Shown one piece after another: positions 46,559 to 57,159 of a stretch of 64,000 nt of DNA. The DNA comes from a virus (taxonomy: Duplodnaviria > Caudoviricetes), in IMG/VR virus record IMGVR_UViG_3300025697_000023, positions 805 through 64,804 of that record; one strand, given 5' to 3'. The translations under genes and the position numbers were made by a program. Each line of letters opens with the position of its first letter. The first letter of the stretch is position 1. The notes beneath the pieces are model-generated. The model ran no database searches, had not been told where the DNA came from, and worked only from the letters and a program-made list of their open reading frames with translations.

Positions 46559-49204
46559 ATGCCCCAGCAATTCGGCCAGTCACAGTCGCCAGAAGTACAG
46601 AGCTATGGACAGGCACCGCCCCAAGAGCAGGCGGAACAGATGTTCAAAGATCAATTTACTCAGTCGGCTTATTCTGTACTGTATGCAAAGTTCCCGGATA
46701 TGGTTCCGGTAGTAGTTACCTTTAAGATATTGAAGGCAGACGCCCAAGAAGGAGACGCTGTTGGCGCCTTTATTGTATTGCATGAAAATGAGCCCATCTA
46801 TATTCCAGTGATTATGACCTCCGGGGAATTGAAGCCCATGGACATAGTCTATTACAAGAAGCTGAATATTTTTCTTCCTCTTTCCAGTCAATGGCTAGAT
46901 GAGGTTTCAAAGATGAACCTTGATGAGATGGGAGAAGGAACGGAAGTACCTCCGGGGGTTTCATCTGACGTAGATCTATCCAAAATTATAATTCCTCCTG
47001 GATCTTCCACTGGACGTTATGGTTACGCGAGTGCTTCTGACGAATTGGATCATGGCGCAAAGGTGATGTTTAAAGAAGCTCTTGATTCCCATCAGGAAAT
47101 TCCTAACGACCAGTTTCTTACGCTCATCCGAACCGGCCCTAGAGTTATGCTGGATGGACTGAAGCTTGCTTTCGAAAAACGTCCTTCACTCTTACAGAAA
47201 TTGGCAGCACATTACGGCGTAAAGTCTCTCCAAGCTGCGTTTAAAGAAGGCTACCAACAGGTAAGTACGGAAAAGGTAGCTGCCGCAGGATTTATTAAGG
47301 TAGCAACAATAGATACCCCGGCAGCAGAGTTACAAGAACTATTCGGCGATAAGGCTGGTGCTGCTTTTTCAAGTATCACTAAGCAGGGGTATGCTGTACA
47401 TGATTCCCGCGTAGGTATTACAAAGATAGCCGTTAAAGTAGAAAATAATATTCGTCTGGATTCTCCAGGTAATGAACCAGGCTTTCATAAACTTTTCTTT
47501 CTTGATGGCCCCCAGAAGAACTACTTTGTAGTTCCTAACCCGGTGGGAGTTTCTAGCCGATACCATAATGGTCCCTACGCTCGTTCGTCAAGGTTTCAAG
47601 ACCACCGACAGTCTACTCCTTATATAGTGATTAGTACTGATGCTAAGGAAGCCTGGATTTGTGATGATGTTGCTGGTGAAAAAATCTTTGATAGCGCGGA
47701 AGTTACCGATAGTAAAATCGCCAAGATTTTAAAAGGAACCGGTGGCAGTACTCCCAAGGTTAACTCTTTCGGTTTTTTTATTCACCAAACTGACGGACAT
47801 ATCGGTGCTACCGAACCCTTCGTTGTCGGGGAAGTTGTTACTGACGGAGACCAGACAAAGATACGTAGGCGTCATGGGGACGTCACTCTCATTATTGATA
47901 GTGACCCTACGCGTAAAAAAATTGATAAGGCAGGAAAAACTGGACTTATTTTTCTTCCCAAAAATTCCCAGTGGGTTTCCATTGTGGCTAATGTGGATAA
48001 AGATTCTGAAAGTCCTGATAGTTCATGGGGTCCTAACTTTGAAAAGAACCGGAGAATTTCAGTAGTAAATGACCCCAAGCTTATTTCTCGTTGGATGAAT
48101 TCCAAGCTTCAAGAATCGGGGGCTCCTTCTGTGGTGGTTAAAAAGGCTGAGGCACACACCTGGTGGTTCTCGGATGTTCCTTCTCCTGTACCCGTGGAAG
48201 TCGCGCTTGATAAACTAGCCTCTGAAAATAATATTAGTGCTGCAGACGCTGCAGGTATCCTGCGGGATGCCCAGCGTAATGGGCAATCTTATTCCTTTAT
48301 TCTTGGGTACAATGAGATGGCAAAACTGGGAACAGAGCTTGCTAAAGTAGCGCAGCCTCCTGCCGTTTCTCCGCAGGCAGCACCGCAACCACAAGGACCG
48401 CCGCAGGGTCAACCGCAACCCCAAGACCCGGCCATGGCGGGACAGGATCCGGCAATGATGGGCCAAGACCCCGCTATGATGGGAATGGGGATGCCTCAGG
48501 AATCTCCAATCAATCCTGCGGAGTTAGCAATAGCTGAGATTACACAACAGCTGTCGCAGCAAAATGAAATGCAGCAACAGCAAACTCAGTCTCAAGTTGA
48601 ACAACTGACTCAGCAGATGCAGATGCAGCAACAAGCCAACGACATGGTTGTGTCCGTACTAGAAGGAATTCAGCAACGAACCTCGGAGATTTCGAATGCT
48701 AGTGGGGGTCAAATTCCTGCAGAAGCTATGGAGTCCCCCATGGCCGCGGGACAGTTACTTGCTCCTACTCCTGGGCCTAATGAAATGCCTCCTCCGACAC
48801 CCTTCATGGATACAGAGGAATCTTTTAACCCTGAAACTGTAGCGAATCAAATCAATCCCGAGATGGTTGATATGGTAGAGGATTTTCAGGGACAGGACAT
48901 CTTTGATGCGGGAGCAGTTGGTATGCTTTCTTCGGCGCCTGTTTTACAAGAAGTCATATCTTCTTATGTGCCTAATCTCGAGAAGAGCCTTGATAATCTT
49001 GGACGGATTCTCTTGACGCTATGGCTACAGGAAAAAGACTCAAAAGAACAGCTGGGAGATGAAGTGTTTGTAACTCTTGAAGATAAACTTCGGACAGTTT
49101 TCAAGAGTATGGGTGACGTTATTCTGAGTATTAATCAGAATGCAATTACTCCTCAGTCAGATGCAGAACAACAACTTGATATGGTAAGTGGCCCGCAGGC
49201 CTAG
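46559..49204 (+). CDS. large hypothetical head-module protein with Gln/Pro/Met-rich region
   Basis: 881-aa ORF; KxA motifs at apparent domain boundaries. Confidence 0.65.
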   Translation: MPQQFGQSQSPEVQSYGQAPPQEQAEQMFKDQFTQSAYSVLYAKFPDMVPVVVTFKILKADAQEGDAVGAFIVLHENEPIYIPVIMTSGELKPMDIVYYKKLNIFLPLSSQWLDEVSKMNLDEMGEGTEVPPGVSSDVDLSKIIIPPGSSTGRYGYASASDELDHGAKVMFKEALDSHQEIPNDQFLTLIRTGPRVMLDGLKLAFEKRPSLLQKLAAHYGVKSLQAAFKEGYQQVSTEKVAAAGFIKVATIDTPAAELQELFGDKAGAAFSSITKQGYAVHDSRVGITKIAVKVENNIRLDSPGNEPGFHKLFFLDGPQKNYFVVPNPVGVSSRYHNGPYARSSRFQDHRQSTPYIVISTDAKEAWICDDVAGEKIFDSAEVTDSKIAKILKGTGGSTPKVNSFGFFIHQTDGHIGATEPFVVGEVVTDGDQTKIRRRHGDVTLIIDSDPTRKKIDKAGKTGLIFLPKNSQWVSIVANVDKDSESPDSSWGPNFEKNRRISVVNDPKLISRWMNSKLQESGAPSVVVKKAEAHTWWFSDVPSPVPVEVALDKLASENNISAADAAGILRDAQRNGQSYSFILGYNEMAKLGTELAKVAQPPAVSPQAAPQPQGPPQGQPQPQDPAMAGQDPAMMGQDPAMMGMGMPQESPINPAELAIAEITQQLSQQNEMQQQQTQSQVEQLTQQMQMQQQANDMVVSVLEGIQQRTSEISNASGGQIPAEAMESPMAAGQLLAPTPGPNEMPPPTPFMDTEESFNPETVANQINPEMVDMVEDFQGQDIFDAGAVGMLSSAPVLQEVISSYVPNLEKSLDNLGRILLTLWLQEKDSKEQLGDEVFVTLEDKLRTVFKSMGDVILSINQNAITPQSDAEQQLDMVSGPQA

Positions 49205-49207
49205 GGT

Positions 49208-49930
49208 ATGGATGACTGCCGCCCAGATCGTCGTTGGAAACGCGTAGAGGAGGCACTAGGAACAAAAACTCCTCCTGCTTCGGACTCATTACGTCGTATC
49301 TATACCCTCTGCTTAAACCCCTTAGAAAAAGCACGAGAAGATTTGACCTATGAAGAAGAGACGATACAACAAGCCATCGATATTATCAGGATAACTGAGG
49401 ACCGCCATACTTTGATGCTTTTTTTTATGTGTGGAGCTACTAACGAGGAGATTTCCAAGAGTCTTTATATTTCTATGGATGCTGTTATACTTGTACAGCA
49501 ACTTATTTTTGATCGACAAGAATTTCGTAATAAATTGGAGCAACGACGTTACATTCGGGAATACGCGGAACAACTCTCTGAGGATGATAAAGATCTACTA
49601 GAAGCAGGGGTTGTATTAGGTCCGGGGTACCTCGTTGCTTTTTTTCGACAGGGACATGAGGACATTGACGTGGATGAAAAAAGATATGGTAAACTCCTGT
49701 TAGAGCAGGCAGCACATAAAGGACTTGTAGCCAGAGGTAATCCTATAACATCTCGAGCATCTCAGTTTTCAAAGTCCTGGTCTAAAGATGCAGTAGGAAT
49801 GCTTATGAATTCAGATAAACTTGGGTTTGAAAGCGGAGTTTCTGACCGTGCTCAGGCGCTCTTAGCTGAAGAAGATACTACACAAACCCTGGAAGAAGCC
49901 GGATTGACTATTGATGATATCCACCACTAA
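49208..49930 (+). CDS. hypothetical protein with possible HTH
   Basis: GATNEEISKSLYIS is HTH-like. Confidence 0.55.
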   Translation: MDDCRPDRRWKRVEEALGTKTPPASDSLRRIYTLCLNPLEKAREDLTYEEETIQQAIDIIRITEDRHTLMLFFMCGATNEEISKSLYISMDAVILVQQLIFDRQEFRNKLEQRRYIREYAEQLSEDDKDLLEAGVVLGPGYLVAFFRQGHEDIDVDEKRYGKLLLEQAAHKGLVARGNPITSRASQFSKSWSKDAVGMLMNSDKLGFESGVSDRAQALLAEEDTTQTLEEAGLTIDDIHH

Positions 49931-49940
49931 GAGGTAAGCC

Positions 49941-50744
49941 ATGTGGACACGAAAAGATTTTGAAAGAGAATCCCTGCAGATTGCTAAAGAATTTACAGAA
50001 TCTAAAGGCGTAGAGTCTATCAACAAGATAGCTACCGAGGTTGCTCGCAGTAACAACCTTGATCCTGAGGGTATCCGAATTCTTGTACGGCTTACTAATG
50101 TTGATGCAGTTAACGAACATTTTTCAAAGGCCGCGGGAGATGACCGGATCATTGAGTTTGAGACTGGAGATCCTGAAATAGTTATCCAAGCACTACACAA
50201 CGAAGCGGAAGAGAAGATAGCGGCGGTATCTCTCCCGCAGGGATATAACCAACTCGAAGATTACTGGCTTGATATTTCCACAGAAGCTATCCCTGAAATA
50301 GAAAAGGTTGCGGCTGCACCGGAGCCTGAAAAACTACCCCCACGACATGAAGTAATACTCCTGCTAAAACAAGCCGAAGAAAAATTCGGTATGGAATTAC
50401 TCCAGTCAGAGATGTCCTGGGTAGGTACGATGGAAGAGTGTGCACAGAGTACACGTACTTTGGGTACCGTAAAAATGGCAGAGGCGCTCGAAAAAGACGC
50501 GATTGCAACGGCTGGAACAGAAATTCTTCCTGAACTACATATGCTTGCGAAACTTACTGGGCGTGAGTTTAACTTAACAACGGAAAAAACAGCTTCAATT
50601 CTGGATAAACATCTTGCTGTTCCATCTGACAGACATCGTCCTATAATATATAAGCTAGCGAAAGCCAGTGTAGCTCGTGCAAAACGCAATGAAAATAAAA
50701 AGTGTCTGGAATTTGTTCGAGAGAAACTATCGAGTTTAAGCTGA
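49941..50744 (+). CDS. hypothetical head-module protein (KxA-rich)
   Basis: GAGG SD; EKIAA, EKVAA, EKTAS. Confidence 0.65.
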   Translation: MWTRKDFERESLQIAKEFTESKGVESINKIATEVARSNNLDPEGIRILVRLTNVDAVNEHFSKAAGDDRIIEFETGDPEIVIQALHNEAEEKIAAVSLPQGYNQLEDYWLDISTEAIPEIEKVAAAPEPEKLPPRHEVILLLKQAEEKFGMELLQSEMSWVGTMEECAQSTRTLGTVKMAEALEKDAIATAGTEILPELHMLAKLTGREFNLTTEKTASILDKHLAVPSDRHRPIIYKLAKASVARAKRNENKKCLEFVREKLSSLS

Positions 50745-51397
50745 TGGCCAAAGGAGCAATAGAGAAGCTGATAAAACTTATGGCTAAACACCCAGTAGCT
50801 ACGGCTGCTGCAGGAGGAACCGCGGTAGTTGCGTGGCCCGATGCAAAACGAAATGCGCAAAAGGTTGAGTACGAGATAAGGAGTAACCGAATGGGATCAC
50901 CGCATGGTAAATATGTATACGCTGAACTAGACGACTTCGAAGCTCGTAAACAGTTTGCAAATGAAAAATTGGCGTTTATAAAGTCCGCAGGAGGAGAATT
51001 TAGTGGCGCATATCCTACTGCTGCTGGGGGATTCTTCGGCGGAGTCGGGTCTGAGACTGCTAAGTCTGGTATTGGGGCTATAGGAAAACTTATTAAAGGT
51101 GTTGCAAGATCTATTCAAAATAAAATGGTTTTTGATAAAGAGCGTCAGGATCTCTTGGGTGAAATAATTAATAATGATCCTATCGTCTCCGTATTTGAAC
51201 AGGAAACTCCTGGGGTTACTTCAAAGGCATACGAAACTATGACCCGGTTTGCCCCGACTCTTAGTAGAGACCCTAATATTGCTACGTCATTTTTACGTGA
51301 GGCTGCCCAGACTGGTGGAGCCCTTAACTATCAGACTGTAAAACATTTGGCGGATGCTGAAGCAGCAGTGAATACTGCGCTGGACGGGAAAGGATAG
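50744..51397 (+). CDS. hypothetical protein with Gly/Ala-rich hydrophobic segments
   Basis: TGATG-coupled start MAKGA. Confidence 0.6.
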   Translation: MAKGAIEKLIKLMAKHPVATAAAGGTAVVAWPDAKRNAQKVEYEIRSNRMGSPHGKYVYAELDDFEARKQFANEKLAFIKSAGGEFSGAYPTAAGGFFGGVGSETAKSGIGAIGKLIKGVARSIQNKMVFDKERQDLLGEIINNDPIVSVFEQETPGVTSKAYETMTRFAPTLSRDPNIATSFLREAAQTGGALNYQTVKHLADAEAAVNTALDGKG

Positions 51398-51400
51398 ATC

Positions 51401-51616
51401 ATGGACTACAAGACACTTGATGCTTTAATTCCAGAGTCAGTAAAAACTGCAATCCGGTCACATCAAACACTGAAGGTTGCCAAAGTAGTTACGGGCATTG
51501 AAGACCCTAGCTTTGCCAGCATAGCTAACTATCTTGGAACCAAGATTGCAGCTCGGCACGCTAAGTGGGGATCTATTGCTGATGGACTGTTGGCGCTCAA
51601 TAAACTAAGGAAATAA
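51401..51616 (+). CDS. small hypothetical protein
   Basis: Packed ORF with SD; KxA motifs. Confidence 0.6.
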   Translation: MDYKTLDALIPESVKTAIRSHQTLKVAKVVTGIEDPSFASIANYLGTKIAARHAKWGSIADGLLALNKLRK

Positions 51617-51619
51617 GTC

Positions 51620-52030
51620 ATGATTCATTTAGCGTTGAATCTCTCGGAGACGATACATAACCTGAAGGGGCTTGATTACCTTTCTGTAAAGGTGGCCTCG
51701 GAACAAGATACTCATTTTTCGCAGGACCTTGTTCAGAAATCTGCGTATGAACTCTACAGTGTAATTCGTAAGGAAGCTTCGGAGCGCTTTGTACGAAATG
51801 GTCCGGGGTGTGATCGAGTAGTGGCTTTTCTAAAAGAGGCTGCGCGACTACTTAATAAAGATGCAATTACAGGCGAAATGCAGATTAAATTAGCAGCCGC
51901 AGTCGTGTTAGATGAGAGCTACGGGCGCCTTATTAAGAACGCCAGGGATGAAAAGACTCGGCAAAACTTTACGGAACAGCAAGCTTATGGTCGTGAGTTT
52001 TTTCTTGAACTGGTCAGTGAGGTAATTTAG
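51620..52030 (+). CDS. hypothetical protein
   Basis: Packed ORF; KVAS, KEAS, KLAA. Confidence 0.6.
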   Translation: MIHLALNLSETIHNLKGLDYLSVKVASEQDTHFSQDLVQKSAYELYSVIRKEASERFVRNGPGCDRVVAFLKEAARLLNKDAITGEMQIKLAAAVVLDESYGRLIKNARDEKTRQNFTEQQAYGREFFLELVSEVI

Positions 52031-54100
52031 TTGCTCAAGATTGTACATCTTGATCCCTATTTTCCTACTGGAGAACTTACAGTACAGCCAGTACTTCTCT
52101 GGGCAAATGGTCGACCTTGTTATGAAGACATTACTAAGACTGCTAGTGTAGGCCGTGAATTTTTTAAGAGTATTACACCTGTTCCCGGTCATTCTTTTGT
52201 ATATGTTCTGGCGGTAAGTTCCTGGGAAAGGTATGGAGAAAATCGTAACGGAGATGGTTTCCCAGAATTTCCATACAAAGAAGACAATAATCCCCCGGGA
52301 ATTCTGCCCGGGGATGTACTTACTCAGCATTACAAATCTTTTGAAAAATACGGAAAGAACTACAGACACCACGTTAATTCTGATCCCAAGAAGGCCATTG
52401 GCGATGTTGTAAAAGCTTTCTGGAATCCTGTAATGCACCGTGTTGAACTTCTTGTTGACCTGATTAATGAGAAAGCTCCGGACTTGGCAGAACGTATAGG
52501 CGCCGGAGAATTCCCTCCGGTTTCTATGGGAACCAAGGTTCCGTATGATGTTTGTAATATATGCCTGAACCGCGCTCCCACTCGTGCACATTACTGTACT
52601 CATCTCAAATTCCAGATGCGAGAAATCGTTGAGGGTAAAAAAGTAGCGGCACTTAATCCTCGTCCCAGGTTCTTTGACCTCAGTTGGGTTTTTAGAGGCG
52701 CTGACCCTAATGCAGTCATGATGAAGAAGGTTGCTAACGAGCTACCGTATGAACTTATCAGTGGATTAGAAGCTGGTGAGTACCTCACAGAAATGGAATC
52801 AAATAAGCTCGCAGCCCATAAGCTCGCGGTAATCGATAAGATTGTACAGGGACTCCCAATTGATGCAAAAACTGAAGGTATTGACCCGCAAGAGTTAGCG
52901 ACCTTACGTCAGATGCGGGACTTGATCTTGGCGGCAGGAAGTAGAGCCCCAACTATCCCGGATGATACTCTGGATACGTTGTCAGATTTTCCTCTTAAGA
53001 ATGTGCTCTCTACTTCAGCAGCTTCAGGTATGTCTCTAAGTACTCCTGAACTTACAAAAATTCTGACGCGTAAGACTGACCCCGGTATCCGTCCTACAGA
53101 AGAAGAGCTGGATAAGACGGTACTTATGCAGCGCCCAATCACAGAACTCTTTGAAGACATGCCTCAACTTTTGAAACAGATTGAGGACTCAGGGACCTTT
53201 GATGTAGATGCTTCTAATGTAGACATGAAAGTTGCCTCTCTTCTTAAGCCCTATATGGAAAAACGTTCGGGGATAAGTGAGTATCTCAAGCGGCAGTTGG
53301 TTCCTGAAAAATATAGAACAGAAGCTCCGCTTACAACCCCGTTTACAATGACGGATCCTGCAACAGGACAAGGGTACAGTACTACTCGAGGAGCTGCTGT
53401 CCGTGCTCATGATGAGATAGCTAAACGTAATCTTTATAAAGTACTTGGCGGCGCTGCGCTTTTAGGTGGAGCATACGGTCTCATAGGTAAAGGACTTACC
53501 GCTCGGGGTATGGGAAAACTCAAACCCCTTGCAGCACTTACTCTCGGGGGGCTCGGGATGAGTCAATGGCCTGACATGGGTCCGCATTATATGACAGACC
53601 AGGGAGTACCTGTTCCTACTCTTACAGAGATTGCACCTTCTAAATACGCTTCTGCTAAATCTCTAGCTTTACCTTTACTAGGAACTTTGGGAGCAATGAC
53701 CGCAATGGGACATGATTATATGTCTCGTGTTGATAGGGGTATACCCATAGGACATCCAGCACTACCCGCTTCTCGTCGTGCATTGGATAACATAGAAGAA
53801 TCAGTACATGAACATCCTATTATTTCTGCAGTACTAGGCACCCTTTTATTACGGCGCCTGGGAGGAACCAGGATGGCTCAAGGATTAAAAAAACATATTG
53901 GTGGCCCGGTACAGCGAGGCGCAATGGACGTACAACGTAGAGCAAGTGAGGCGCTTAAAGCTTTTTCAGGAGGAGAAGCAAAAATTTCTTCCTTGTTAGG
54001 ATCAGATATAATTTTAAAGCCGACTGATACTGTCTTGCTTCCTACGGTTAATATGGATAAACTCGCAGAATACATCGGAGAAATAATAGTTGAAGGTTGA
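52031..54100 (+). CDS. probable prohead maturation protease with long C-terminal extension
   Basis: N.NGDGF, HH.N.DP..AIG.V, VSMG (candidate catalytic Ser), CNIC..CTH, FFDLSWV..GAD resemble HK97/herpes-type capsid proteases; located upstream of the capsid genes. Confidence 0.65.
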   Translation: MLKIVHLDPYFPTGELTVQPVLLWANGRPCYEDITKTASVGREFFKSITPVPGHSFVYVLAVSSWERYGENRNGDGFPEFPYKEDNNPPGILPGDVLTQHYKSFEKYGKNYRHHVNSDPKKAIGDVVKAFWNPVMHRVELLVDLINEKAPDLAERIGAGEFPPVSMGTKVPYDVCNICLNRAPTRAHYCTHLKFQMREIVEGKKVAALNPRPRFFDLSWVFRGADPNAVMMKKVANELPYELISGLEAGEYLTEMESNKLAAHKLAVIDKIVQGLPIDAKTEGIDPQELATLRQMRDLILAAGSRAPTIPDDTLDTLSDFPLKNVLSTSAASGMSLSTPELTKILTRKTDPGIRPTEEELDKTVLMQRPITELFEDMPQLLKQIEDSGTFDVDASNVDMKVASLLKPYMEKRSGISEYLKRQLVPEKYRTEAPLTTPFTMTDPATGQGYSTTRGAAVRAHDEIAKRNLYKVLGGAALLGGAYGLIGKGLTARGMGKLKPLAALTLGGLGMSQWPDMGPHYMTDQGVPVPTLTEIAPSKYASAKSLALPLLGTLGAMTAMGHDYMSRVDRGIPIGHPALPASRRALDNIEESVHEHPIISAVLGTLLLRRLGGTRMAQGLKKHIGGPVQRGAMDVQRRASEALKAFSGGEAKISSLLGSDIILKPTDTVLLPTVNMDKLAEYIGEIIVEG

Positions 54101-54173
54101 AACAAACGTTACTTGTGAAATAGGAAATCGCGTCCTATTATTGGAAGCGAAACTTACTCGGAAGAGGTGAGTA

Positions 54174-54812
54174 ATGGAATTCGGAAAATTGATCGAGTCC
54201 CTGGAAGTAAACGAAACCGAAAAAACCGCGGCAGCTGCTCCAGCTGAAGAGATTGATGCTGGAAAAGCTTTGGAAGCTGCGCTTGAGAAAGTAGCTGCTT
54301 CTGCGCCTTCGCAATTTACTGAAAGCGGAGACCCTCTTACCGACCTTATGAAGATAGCTTCAGATCTGGCCGGTACCGAGAAAGAAGGAGAAATCAAACA
54401 CGCGGCTCTTCTGGGACATACTTTTGCGGATGCTGCCCTGGGTACCTGGGCTGCTTATGATGCTGAATTACGTAAGCAAGCATCGGAATCAGCAGCCGGA
54501 GTTAATGAGCAGGTCAAGGAAGCTGCTATCCAGGGTTACCAGGATACCGTAGCTGCTTTGAATACCCCTCAGCCCCAAGAAAAAGTAGCTGATACTCAGG
54601 AGATTGAAACGCTTGTGAAGCAAGCTGAGACTCAGGGGTATTCTCGAGAAGATGTGTACACAGCTCTTAACGAGTTGAGTACTAAGACTGCATCTGAACA
54701 GTTTGCCATGGGGCAACAGACTGCGGTAGATGAAGTTTACACGGCAACATATAATGAATTCATGAAGGGTGCTGCCGTAGCTGCAAAAGTTCTCGAGGTA
54801 GCAAGACAGTAA
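54174..54812 (+). CDS. putative scaffold-like protein
   Basis: Ala/Glu-rich helical protein with about nine KxA motifs, between protease and capsid. Confidence 0.5.
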   Translation: MEFGKLIESLEVNETEKTAAAAPAEEIDAGKALEAALEKVAASAPSQFTESGDPLTDLMKIASDLAGTEKEGEIKHAALLGHTFADAALGTWAAYDAELRKQASESAAGVNEQVKEAAIQGYQDTVAALNTPQPQEKVADTQEIETLVKQAETQGYSREDVYTALNELSTKTASEQFAMGQQTAVDEVYTATYNEFMKGAAVAAKVLEVARQ

Positions 54813-54922
54813 TGGTTTACTCCTCCAAAATTCGACAGGAATACCGAAAGCTTTTTCAAAAGGCTGCGGAATATCTTGCCGAATCAAAGGGAATAGTACT
54901 GGAGAAAAAAGAAGAAAAATGA
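54812..54922 (+). CDS. 36-aa protein (not in ORF track)
   Basis: MVYSSKIRQEYRKLFQKAAEYLAESKGIVLEKKEEK; coupled at both ends (TAATG, ATGA). Confidence 0.55.
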   Translation: MVYSSKIRQEYRKLFQKAAEYLAESKGIVLEKKEEK

Positions 54923-55140
54923 GTCGCTTACCGCACATTTCAGACGTAATTTCCCAGGTACGCGCCGAGGTATCTTCTTTGGAAAAGACCGCAAGTCCAA
55001 AAGAAGTGGTGCCAGTACACCATAGTCGTTTGAGTGCTGAGTTGATGAAGTGTTCTGATATACTACGCAAGCGGGGAAATAAAACTGTTACTTACACTGA
55101 CGTTTTTGAGTTAAATAATAAACTGCAGGATCAAAACTGA
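54919..55140 (+). CDS. small hypothetical protein
   Basis: Coupled ORF; LEKTAS. Confidence 0.6.
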   Translation: MSRLPHISDVISQVRAEVSSLEKTASPKEVVPVHHSRLSAELMKCSDILRKRGNKTVTYTDVFELNNKLQDQN

Positions 55141-55141
55141 G

Positions 55142-55312
55142 ATGGATGCAAAAGTTACAGCTAAGAATCTCCGTAAGATCGCAACAGAACTCCGCGAACG
55201 TTCTGGGCAGAGAGACCGAAGCGTAATGTATAAGAGTGCCCAGGTTATGCTCGCTGCGCGAGGACTTCAAAAGTTGCAGCAAGTTTTAAAGGGAGATAAT
55301 ACCCATGAGTAA
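55142..55312 (+). CDS. 56-aa protein (not in ORF track)
   Basis: MDAKVTAKNLRKIATELRERSGQ...YKSAQ...; fills the gap exactly. Confidence 0.55.
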   Translation: MDAKVTAKNLRKIATELRERSGQRDRSVMYKSAQVMLAARGLQKLQQVLKGDNTHE

Positions 55313-55652
55313 CTTTGATCTCCAGATGGCTGATGTTTTTGAGAAACTAGCGGACTATCTTGAAGCTTCTGAAAATGTGAAAGAAGCCGATGCTACCGCA
55401 ATACGTACAAAGATAGCTTCTCAAGTAGCACAAAGGCTATCGGAAGCCACTGGAGAAGAGCTGGATTCTGGTGCAGTAGAAAAGCTGGCGGCAGCTGACC
55501 CTGAGATCATGGAACTTTTAACGAAAATTTCTGGTGGAAGTAGTGCCCCCGATGAGATGGGAGGCCCGGACGATAAGCGTATGAACAAGACAGCAAGTGC
55601 TGGGGCAGTAGGTCCCGGGGAAGCTGCTTTAATTGATTTTTGTACTAGCTAG
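55305..55652 (+). CDS. small acidic head-module protein
   Basis: EKLAD, TKIAS, EKLAA, NKTAS. Confidence 0.6.
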   Translation: MSNFDLQMADVFEKLADYLEASENVKEADATAIRTKIASQVAQRLSEATGEELDSGAVEKLAAADPEIMELLTKISGGSSAPDEMGGPDDKRMNKTASAGAVGPGEAALIDFCTS

Positions 55653-55670
55653 TAAACGGAGGAAAGTAAG

Positions 55671-56207
55671 ATGACGAAATTCGCAAGCAAATTTGATGTG
55701 GTGACCCACGACCCGCATCCCAACGCTCTTGCGGGTCTCATGGTCGTGCTCGATCCTGACCCGACAACGATTCCAAGCCCCCCGTTCAATACGGAAGGGA
55801 CTCTGTTGCCAGGTATTTTCGAGCCGGGTCAGATCGTAATGATGGATGCTAACGGGAATGCAGTTCTCGGAGTGGCTCCGGATACTACGACAACGTTACC
55901 CGTACTGCCGTTTATTACGGTAGATGGCGACTGGGACCTCGATGGCGCTGCGGTGCATCGCCTCACCTGTATTCAGGGTGGGCTCGAAGTTCAGACGGAG
56001 CAGTATACTCCTGATGTAGCAGGCTTCGTCCCTGGTGCTCCCTTAACCTTCGGGATTACAGCTCCTGGGTTGTTTGAGAACAAATCTGGTGGAGCTATTA
56101 ACATGCAGATTTATGGCTATGTAGGTCCCCGCGGTGAATACGCAGTCGACGGTGTTGATGTTCTAGACGTAATCATTCCCCAGGGCGTAAACGGGTATTG
56201 TATCTAA
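55671..56207 (+). CDS. putative capsid decoration/cement protein
   Basis: 178 aa, beta/Gly/Pro-rich, directly upstream of the capsid candidate; strong SD. Confidence 0.5.
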   Translation: MTKFASKFDVVTHDPHPNALAGLMVVLDPDPTTIPSPPFNTEGTLLPGIFEPGQIVMMDANGNAVLGVAPDTTTTLPVLPFITVDGDWDLDGAAVHRLTCIQGGLEVQTEQYTPDVAGFVPGAPLTFGITAPGLFENKSGGAINMQIYGYVGPRGEYAVDGVDVLDVIIPQGVNGYCI

Positions 56208-56221
56208 AAGGAGAGTGAGTC

Positions 56222-57136
56222 ATGGATTATATGGTTGAAACTCCGGAAGTGACTGCACGCTTCGTGAATACTAACTTCGTGAAGAAGATCGAAGGTGGTA
56301 TGAAAAAGGAAGCGGAGGACACAGGCACTGCGTTCATCCGTGAAAAACTGCGCCAGGAGGCTGCGGTTCGTGAGATCTTGATTCCCCAGGGATTGAGTGA
56401 GGAAGACATCGACCGCGATGAGTACACGGATCAGCCCAAGAAGATCATCGACAAGGAGCCTGACAGTTACGCGACCTACGTACAGTTCCAGGGCACCGGT
56501 CGGCGTACCTGGTTCAAGGGCAAACGGTATGCGATCTTCTTCGGAAAGATTGAAACCCAGCGCTTCACGAAGTCGAAGTTTGAGTTGATGACTTATACAG
56601 GTGATATCCGGCAGATTCTGTCTGATAACTCTGTAAAAGACATGGCGGACAAAGAAGACGAGTATTGGTATAATCTCGTGTCCGACATTATCAACCTGAA
56701 CGCTGCTGAACAGCGTACTTCGGGAGCATTCCAGTCTTCAACATTCAAGCAGGCAATGCAGAAAATGTTGAACAGACGTCGCCCTATCGGCAAGATGCTG
56801 ATGACGAAGTCTCGGTACATGGATGCACTTGATCTTCCAGCTACTACTGTTGGTGATAACATCGCGCAGCGTCACTTCGATGAGGGCATCGAGTCCAGTG
56901 AAAAGCTGTGGGGTATCCCGGTAGTAACGACTATCAAGTCGGACATCTACCCCTGGGATAATGCCTGGGTATTCGCACCTCAATCTCCAAATAACTTCCT
57001 TGGAAACTTCTTCCTGCTGCAGGATGCCACGCTCTACATCGAACAAAAAGCGGACATGATTTCCTTCTGGTCTTACGAAGCACTCGGAATGGGTGTTGGT
57101 AACCGGTTGTCCATGCAGGAAATAAAGTTCGTCTAA
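56222..57136 (+). CDS. probable major capsid protein
   Basis: 304 aa, strong SD, strongly C/G-ending codons; follows protease/scaffold/decoration genes; LWGIPVV resembles the HK97-fold G.PV motif. Confidence 0.65.
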   Translation: MDYMVETPEVTARFVNTNFVKKIEGGMKKEAEDTGTAFIREKLRQEAAVREILIPQGLSEEDIDRDEYTDQPKKIIDKEPDSYATYVQFQGTGRRTWFKGKRYAIFFGKIETQRFTKSKFELMTYTGDIRQILSDNSVKDMADKEDEYWYNLVSDIINLNAAEQRTSGAFQSSTFKQAMQKMLNRRRPIGKMLMTKSRYMDALDLPATTVGDNIAQRHFDEGIESSEKLWGIPVVTTIKSDIYPWDNAWVFAPQSPNNFLGNFFLLQDATLYIEQKADMISFWSYEALGMGVGNRLSMQEIKFV

Positions 57137-57159
57137 GGTCCCCTGAGGAGGATAAAGCG

